Below are positions 58,297 through 64,000 of a stretch of 64,000 bases of DNA, in pieces. Made by a program: the position numbers and the translations under genes. Within the stretch, counting starts at the first letter, position 1. Each line of letters begins with the position of its first letter. The notes beneath the pieces were generated by a model that was not told the origin of the DNA, did no database searches, and saw only the letters and a program-made list of their open reading frames with translations. The stretch is from Candidatus Poribacteria bacterium (lineage in GTDB: Bacteria > Poribacteria > WGA-4E > WGA-3G), in assembly GCA_965205015.1 (NCBI GenBank), contig OZ242029.1, positions 2,272,001 to 2,336,000 of the forward strand, in the 5' to 3' direction.

Positions 58297-58839
58297 TTAA
58301 AATGTTACAGCAGAAAGCCGACGATGCGCTTCAGGCGGTGCCCCATTTTGCAACCAGAAAATAGGGTGTTCTTCCGTTGTCTTATCTGGATTTACCCATA
58401 TAATATTTCGGATTTCGCCAACCTGTTGGGATGCGCGCTTGAAAAGCACGCGGACGGTTTCATCAAGCGAAATGACGGTTTGATCAGTTGCCAGTGCCGC
58501 TTGAAGAAGATGAAAATCTTTTTGTATCGTTTCAATCTCATCTTCATCGCTTGCTGTATCTGTGACTTTGTCTTGAAGCTCCTCATTTTCTGGCGGATTG
58601 ATGCGATCTATTTTTCTGCGCGCATCCATTGACACCCGCCACTCAAGGGCAAAGCGAGATCGATGTCTTTTCCACTCATCGCTGATCTTTCTTGTCATTA
58701 CTACTCTATGATTCTGGGACCTTACTGCCTTTAGGAAATCACGACAATGAATAGCGCGTGGATCAGTCGCATCTTCATCACCGGAAGCTTGGGCAACATC
58801 AGTGTCAATCACCAATCGTTTTGAATCTCTTGCTCTCAC
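58297..58839 (-). CDS. PIN-domain-like protein
   Basis: LVIDTDV...EW...KDFHLLQAAL....VISLD acidic pattern; GTGA overlap with the ATPase. Confidence 0.65.
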   Translation of the reverse strand: MRARDSKRLVIDTDVAQASGDEDATDPRAIHCRDFLKAVRSQNHRVVMTRKISDEWKRHRSRFALEWRVSMDARRKIDRINPPENEELQDKVTDTASDEDEIETIQKDFHLLQAALATDQTVISLDETVRVLFKRASQQVGEIRNIIWVNPDKTTEEHPIFWLQNGAPPEAHRRLSAVTF

Positions 58840-60137
58840 GAAGTCTCCTTGCTGCCAAATCTAACGTTATCAACGGCATCAAGAAAACGGCTCTGCACGT
58901 TGAGACTGACCTCTGCAAAATCTTCGGGCCACTCTCCATAAGTCCCCGCTTCGTCTAAATCCATGCTATCAACTTCGGTTACTCCATCTTCGCGCCGTGT
59001 GAACCAATGCAACTTGACTAACTCTGGCGGGAGGTCTCCTTCAGCAACAAGTGTTTGAAGAGTCAATAGCAGCAGCGAACTGTGCATTTCGGTGACGACG
59101 CGCACACCCCGTTTTGCCGCGTCTGCAAGCACTTGTGCCAATGCGACCTGGGCGCGTGGATGGAGATGTAGCTCGGGTTGTTCAAGATAGACTAACTGCC
59201 CTGGCTCTGCGACAATTAGTGCCGCCAAAACGGGCAATACCTGGGATACCCCTAATCCGACATCGGCGATGTTAACCAGGTCCGCTTCGTCGGTTCTGTC
59301 ATGCGGGAGGCGACTAACTCGAACTTCAATACTAACATCACCAATTTTTTGAGTCCGAACTTGTCCAGTCAAGCCAAGTGTGTAAAGTGCGTCGGCAACC
59401 GTTTTCAGGCGTTTGTCTTTCGTCTCTTGCCACTCGTGAATAATACTCGCAGTATAGTTTTCAAACGTGCCGGAATACTGGGGACCGGTGCTGCTCAATT
59501 TGTAAATGCGTTCTGGATTCCCGCGTAATCCGGGGAGGTGAATGGTATTAAAAATATATGTTCCAAAGCCATAAGTAACCTCATAGAAACTGCTACTATG
59601 TTGAGATCCCAAATACAAGAAACAACGCGAACGCTTCACTATATCAAAATTCTTGAATGCCGGATCTTGATCACCCAGCGACTTGATTTCTTCAGGCGAC
59701 ATCTCTGGATATAATGTAAGGGACTTGGTAGATAACGTTTGATCGGGACCTGAATTTTCTTTAGCCATTTCGACAATTTCAATCCCATTCTTTCCCTTTC
59801 TAAAAGTCGTCCGTACTGCGTTAGAAACATTGGATTTATGAGTCTCAATCAGAACTTGAAAACGATCTGATCTTTTTCCATTAGGTAATGTGGACAAAAA
59901 TTGCGCTGCTTCAGTAAATTCAACGTTTGGTCCATCAATCTTCAACGGTCCTGGATCATAAGGTGCCTCCAGCGTCTGCTTCAGCATCAATAACGGTTGC
60001 ATGATGCTGGATTTCCCCGAACTGTTCGCGCCGGCAAGGATCGTCAGCGGACGGATGTCGATCTCACGTTCTTCCGCGATTGACTTGAAACCCTTCACGG
60101 CTATCTTGGTAATACCTTCGATCGTTTTTTCCGACAT
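58836..60137 (-). CDS. ABC/AAA_21-type ATPase (DUF3696-like C-terminus)
   Basis: GFKS, GANSSGKS, VGLGVSQ, LEQPELHLHP, HS, G...EWPEDF. Confidence 0.88.
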   Translation of the reverse strand: MSEKTIEGITKIAVKGFKSIAEEREIDIRPLTILAGANSSGKSSIMQPLLMLKQTLEAPYDPGPLKIDGPNVEFTEAAQFLSTLPNGKRSDRFQVLIETHKSNVSNAVRTTFRKGKNGIEIVEMAKENSGPDQTLSTKSLTLYPEMSPEEIKSLGDQDPAFKNFDIVKRSRCFLYLGSQHSSSFYEVTYGFGTYIFNTIHLPGLRGNPERIYKLSSTGPQYSGTFENYTASIIHEWQETKDKRLKTVADALYTLGLTGQVRTQKIGDVSIEVRVSRLPHDRTDEADLVNIADVGLGVSQVLPVLAALIVAEPGQLVYLEQPELHLHPRAQVALAQVLADAAKRGVRVVTEMHSSLLLLTLQTLVAEGDLPPELVKLHWFTRREDGVTEVDSMDLDEAGTYGEWPEDFAEVSLNVQSRFLDAVDNVRFGSKETS

Positions 60138-60165
60138 GTAGATCCTACTTCTTATGTTGGCGTAG

Positions 60166-60237
60166 TTAATCACGCAATTAATCGTTCACCTAATCGCCTA
60201 ATTAATCGCCTAATTAATCGCCTAATTAATCAGTTAC
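60166..60237. repeat. Six tandem 12-bp units (consensus TTAATCGCCTAA)
   Basis: ttaatcacgcaa, ttaatcgttcac, ctaatcgcctaa, ttaatcgcctaa x2, ttaatcagttac. Confidence 0.85.
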
Positions 60238-61605
60238 TTTTCGGACGTACTTGGTTCCTCGTCCCTTTCCTACCACAGTCAGTAAACCTTTGTTGGTCAA
60301 ATCGGTTAGTTCTGCATAGGCCGTCTGGCGCGAGACATGATTAATCTCTACATACTTCTTGGTTGTAATTTGCCCGTGTCTTTGCACATAGAAAAATGCA
60401 TTCCTTTGCCGCTCATTTAACTGCTCCGAGATGTCGTCAATTTCAATGTAGGTCGTCTCTTGAATCGGAGAGTCAAAGATGATTGTGGTTTGAAGTGGAT
60501 GAAAGGCGTAACGCGGTTCTGTGTTTCCCCACTCCGCAGAGAGTCTTTTCATCATTCTGATGCCAGCACCATACCGTTCAATAAACCCGACATCATACAT
60601 CAATTGGCTCAAAGTAGGATTTACCGGTTCATGAACTGGTTCATCTGGATTGACACCTTCTGGAAAAGTGCCGGGATTAATAATCTCAACGCGGTTATCA
60701 AATATAAAGACCCGGACATCTGCGGATTTTTGATAGTTGCGGTGAATTAGTGCATTGATAATCGCTTCCCTTAATGCCTTAAGCGGATATTCAAATTTAT
60801 CGTCTCGTTGGAAACTCATTGAAGTCCGAAGACTCAGGAGCCGAATATTTTTCCTGATGAATTCCTCCGCAGCATCGACCATCTCCCAAAGTGCCCCAGA
60901 GCAATCCAGTCGATTAATGACAGGATGGGTAACCGATATTCCTTTGAATCTGACAACCCTCAATTGTGCGTTTCGGAAGAATCTTTGGGGATACTTGCCA
61001 AAGAAGAGAATACCGGCATAGGTTGGGGTCTCTTCATCGCTAAGTCCATCAATATTCTTCAACAAGGCAGTTAAACGCATATCCTGTGGCTTTGCCACAT
61101 TTCGGATCGTTTCTCGACGGGTCAGATACCATTCGACTTTTTTCTCATCTATATCATCAATTCCGGCACGTGTAACTACAAGTTGATCCCAACTCTGTCC
61201 AGTGGCGTTGAGGTGCATCTGGGCAATCTCTTGTGGAGACATGACTCGGTTACTATTCCCGACCCTCTTATAACACACGCCTTTAACAGAAACAGGTTTT
61301 AGCGACGATTCCGAGATATGTATCAACAAAATCGATTTTCCACCTATATCAACCGATTCAATTTCCAGAACCACCCGCGGTTCGGTCGCCTGGGCGATCC
61401 GGTTTGACCAGTTTCTGAGTGTCTCTTTTCCAATGGTAATTCCTCGGATCTCTCCGTTATCAGAGACACCGATAAAAATGATCCCTCCGTGGGTATTGGC
61501 AAATGCAGCGGCGGTCTCAATAGCCTCCTGATCAAAATTCTCTTTGAATTCGGTTGTGGTGTTTTCGCCTTGTGTGATGCGTTGTTTAAGATCAGCAGTT
61601 TCCAT
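60226..61605 (-). CDS. AlbA_2 (Schlafen-like) + HATPase_c_4 + wHTH protein
   Basis: GENTTTEFK, AFANTHGG.IFIGVSD, REAIINALIHRNY, IERYGAG, C-terminal HTH ending GKGRGTKY. Confidence 0.88.
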   Translation of the reverse strand: METADLKQRITQGENTTTEFKENFDQEAIETAAAFANTHGGIIFIGVSDNGEIRGITIGKETLRNWSNRIAQATEPRVVLEIESVDIGGKSILLIHISESSLKPVSVKGVCYKRVGNSNRVMSPQEIAQMHLNATGQSWDQLVVTRAGIDDIDEKKVEWYLTRRETIRNVAKPQDMRLTALLKNIDGLSDEETPTYAGILFFGKYPQRFFRNAQLRVVRFKGISVTHPVINRLDCSGALWEMVDAAEEFIRKNIRLLSLRTSMSFQRDDKFEYPLKALREAIINALIHRNYQKSADVRVFIFDNRVEIINPGTFPEGVNPDEPVHEPVNPTLSQLMYDVGFIERYGAGIRMMKRLSAEWGNTEPRYAFHPLQTTIIFDSPIQETTYIEIDDISEQLNERQRNAFFYVQRHGQITTKKYVEINHVSRQTAYAELTDLTNKGLLTVVGKGRGTKYVRKVTD

Positions 61606-61627
61606 AGTTTTTGGCAAATTCTAATAC

Positions 61628-61831
61628 CTATTCTTCCGAAGGATTGTCAACTGGAATTGGTTTACTGCGTCCCATGTATTTCAACTTAACCCGTATTGTA
61701 CCAGATTGACGTGGTGGAGGGGTAACTATGACCGCATCCACGTTAAGGATGTCCTCTTCATCGTAGACAGGAAAATCAGGGCGTTGCATCGGCTTTTCGT
61801 TGGTTGTGTTTGTGTATTGTAGTGTTTTCAT
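61628..61831 (-). CDS. Small hypothetical protein
   Basis: AGGAG RBS; PPPRQSGTIRVKLKY.GRSKPIP. Confidence 0.55.
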   Translation of the reverse strand: MKTLQYTNTTNEKPMQRPDFPVYDEEDILNVDAVIVTPPPRQSGTIRVKLKYMGRSKPIPVDNPSEE

Positions 61832-61893
61832 GATATGTTCAGTTCTCCTTTTACATACAATTCTAACAAAGATTTGCCGGATGTGCAACCATA

Positions 61894-63522
61894 TTACAAA
61901 GGAAAAAATACATTCCGATTAAGGTCTTGAATTCCAAACCATTTCAGGTTCCAATCACCGATTCTTGTTCCCGGTCTGGAAACTAAATAATGCTCTCTTT
62001 CCTTAGGCAGGTACTTTCGGTCTTTTAGCCATTGCATCGTAGATCGAAGGCTGTCCGTCGTTTTTAACTTTTCTATGAGATGATTGGCTCGAATGACAGG
62101 TACGTTGGGAGCTTGAACATTACCATAACCGATCCAATTCTCCGATACAACAACTCCTTCAAGTCTGTAACTCGAGTCGATGTTGAGTTTGTCTAATAAC
62201 GGCTTATAGTTTTCCGTAAAAGCTTGTTTTAGTTTTAGAATCTGAGAAATGCCCGTTTTAATTTCTTTAGATTTATTAATACGTTCATGTGCTGTCGTTG
62301 GAGCAATGAACCATTTGAGTTCTAAGAGTAAACACGCTTTTTCGGAATGATTTACAATAGCGAGATCAATATCTGTTAATTTTGCTACATTGCCCGAATA
62401 AAATTTAAAATCTTTATCAGATAATCGGGTCTTAAAACGCTCTCTCATGAGGTTTTCTTTTTTATCAACATATTTTTCATAGATTGTCTTTTCAGTTGGG
62501 AACCTATTTAAAAGCGAAATAAAATTCCGCTCTGCTGCGGAACAAATCCATATATTAGGTGCAATTGCATAATGTTTTGAATTTAATTTCATTAAAGGTT
62601 GTAAGGCAGGGATAGGCCTTTTAATATTACTACCTCCATAGGTCAAATCATCAAGAACACTTTTTACCTTTATAGGGGACATATCAGAATATCTCGCAAC
62701 GGACCTTATCAATCTACCGTAGGTTATTAGGTAAATACCATCAACATAACCTTTATGAGCACAGCCCTGCTTCATAGCCATTATCCGTGCTCCCCAGTGA
62801 ATATGTGCTATAGCACATATTACCTCAAAAACCTTCCGAAAATCGCCTAACGAGTAGCGACCGAATTTCCATTCACTGGGTAGTAAAAACATTCTGTCAA
62901 ATAGAGGTTTCAGGTATATTTTCACATCAGAAACCATTCTTGTATCCAATTTATAGCTGAATCTATCGCCTTCTACCTGTAGAGAATTTTGGATTGCTGC
63001 TATAGGAAAATTACTAGGATCCAAGAAAGATAATGCTTCTTCAGGTTCACGCGGATCAATCAAGATATTATACGCTTCGTATTCTATACTTGAGAAAAAA
63101 TTCCCCGTTGGTTGAATAGTTGATCCTTGAAGTTCCAATTCAAGTTCCCCCCCACTGGCACATGTGTAGGCGAAGACGAACCAATCATATTTCCTGCCTA
63201 ACTCAAACAAATCCTTAGATGGGTTATAAAGTTCGGGGTTATAAGCAGAGGGAATTTTCCCACCTTGTTCGCACTCACGGTGGAGCCAAGACACAGAGTG
63301 CTCGATTTCAGTAATAAAGTCACTACTCAGCGCGTGGCTATCTTGTACTCTGGTTATTCCACGAGTTTGCTCATTTAGCATATACTCTTCAGCATACGCC
63401 AACAAAGACCACGCGGCAGTTGCAAAAGAATGTTTGAGAAGCAGATTAGATTTGTAATAATCGTCTATTTCTTTCTCAATTTTTCGCAATTCACGTGAGA
63501 CATTGTCAGGGGCTTTCGTCAT
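61894..63522 (-). CDS. Large protein with C-terminal PD-(D/E)XK (NERD-like) nuclease motif
   Basis: E...DIDLAI....LLELKW...Q near the C-terminus; AT-rich DNA. Confidence 0.6.
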   Translation of the reverse strand: MTKAPDNVSRELRKIEKEIDDYYKSNLLLKHSFATAAWSLLAYAEEYMLNEQTRGITRVQDSHALSSDFITEIEHSVSWLHRECEQGGKIPSAYNPELYNPSKDLFELGRKYDWFVFAYTCASGGELELELQGSTIQPTGNFFSSIEYEAYNILIDPREPEEALSFLDPSNFPIAAIQNSLQVEGDRFSYKLDTRMVSDVKIYLKPLFDRMFLLPSEWKFGRYSLGDFRKVFEVICAIAHIHWGARIMAMKQGCAHKGYVDGIYLITYGRLIRSVARYSDMSPIKVKSVLDDLTYGGSNIKRPIPALQPLMKLNSKHYAIAPNIWICSAAERNFISLLNRFPTEKTIYEKYVDKKENLMRERFKTRLSDKDFKFYSGNVAKLTDIDLAIVNHSEKACLLLELKWFIAPTTAHERINKSKEIKTGISQILKLKQAFTENYKPLLDKLNIDSSYRLEGVVVSENWIGYGNVQAPNVPVIRANHLIEKLKTTDSLRSTMQWLKDRKYLPKEREHYLVSRPGTRIGDWNLKWFGIQDLNRNVFFPL

Positions 63523-63544
63523 GAAATCCTATCCTTTGGCTGCG

Positions 63545-63604
63545 TTAATTCCTCAATCCCATCCGATATTTGATGTCGTAGTTGATGATGAAATCTAATT
63601 CCTC
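63545..63604 (-). pseudogene. 20-codon relic of a type IIG-like R-M / methyltransferase C-terminus
   Basis: Translates EELDFIINYDIKYRMGLRN*. Confidence 0.6.
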
Positions 63605-63662
63605 TCCTCAAAATGATCGACATGAAAACAGATGGAGAACATGATTTTTGACCTGAACTGAT

Positions 63663-64000
63663 TTAGTCCGTTTCTGTATCATTCTGCAAATGCCTACGGA
63701 TAAACTCTGTTGCCTCCGGTCCTAATAACTTTTTCTTACCACCTTCAGTTTTGACAAAAAGTTTCCCGCTACTTGTGTAAAAGATGTCCTTTCTCTGTAG
63801 AGGTGGAACTAAAAGTTCAACAACCCACAAATCCTCTATTGTTTCTTTGTTCAAGTTATAGACGGGATGCAATTCAAGCTGCCAATCTTCAACACTAATT
63901 GGGGGTTGTACAGCCCCCAGTTTTTCAGATACTTTACGCCGCACCTCATCTCTTTGTCGGTCATCAAGAGGGATGCCTACTGTGATTCTATTACGATCCC
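63663..64000 (-). CDS. C-terminal part of a Schlafen/AlbA_2-like protein (runs off the window)
   Basis: VGIPL...RD...I/VQPP...VVELLV...FYT..G.LFVK pattern; frame open to the window edge. Confidence 0.55.
   Translation of the reverse strand, partial: DRNRITVGIPLDDRQRDEVRRKVSEKLGAVQPPISVEDWQLELHPVYNLNKETIEDLWVVELLVPPLQRKDIFYTSSGKLFVKTEGGKKKLLGPEATEFIRRHLQNDTETD

Noticed and set aside
1-64000. rRNA, tRNA, prophage structural genes, retron reverse transcriptase
   Set aside because: None recognised by eye; a covariance-model scan would be needed to exclude small RNAs

Overview
Bacterial chromosomal window, most likely from Candidatus Poribacteria or a similar sponge symbiont. This is an inference from the repertoire: three phytanoyl-CoA dioxygenases, two sulfatases, WD40-dockerin and TPR proteins, and secreted proteins ending in a V(E/D)xxGKLxxxWxxLK tail. 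Scattered metabolic genes (UbiA family, cimA, pduO, sodA, mazG, nfi, dacB, aminotransferases, sugar-acid enzymes) alternate with accessory DNA. The accessory DNA includes: a collapsed type I R-M locus carrying a DUF433/PIN toxin-antitoxin pair (4.3-9.5 kb); an IS4-family element with TIRs and a target duplication (10963-12324); a HigB toxin whose partner joins a HigA-type helical module to 15 TPRs (36.4-38.9 kb); a retropepsin two-gene module; a Fic/wHTH gene flanked by 65-bp palindromic direct repeats; and a probable defence island at the right end (SLOG/DprA-like, ABC-ATPase + PIN, AlbA/Schlafen proteins, PD-(D/E)XK nuclease, relic of an R-M gene end). Several intergenic repeat families recur, one of which sits directly on start codons. 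No rRNA, tRNA or CRISPR array was recognised. All assignments come from reading motifs by eye; no database searches were run.
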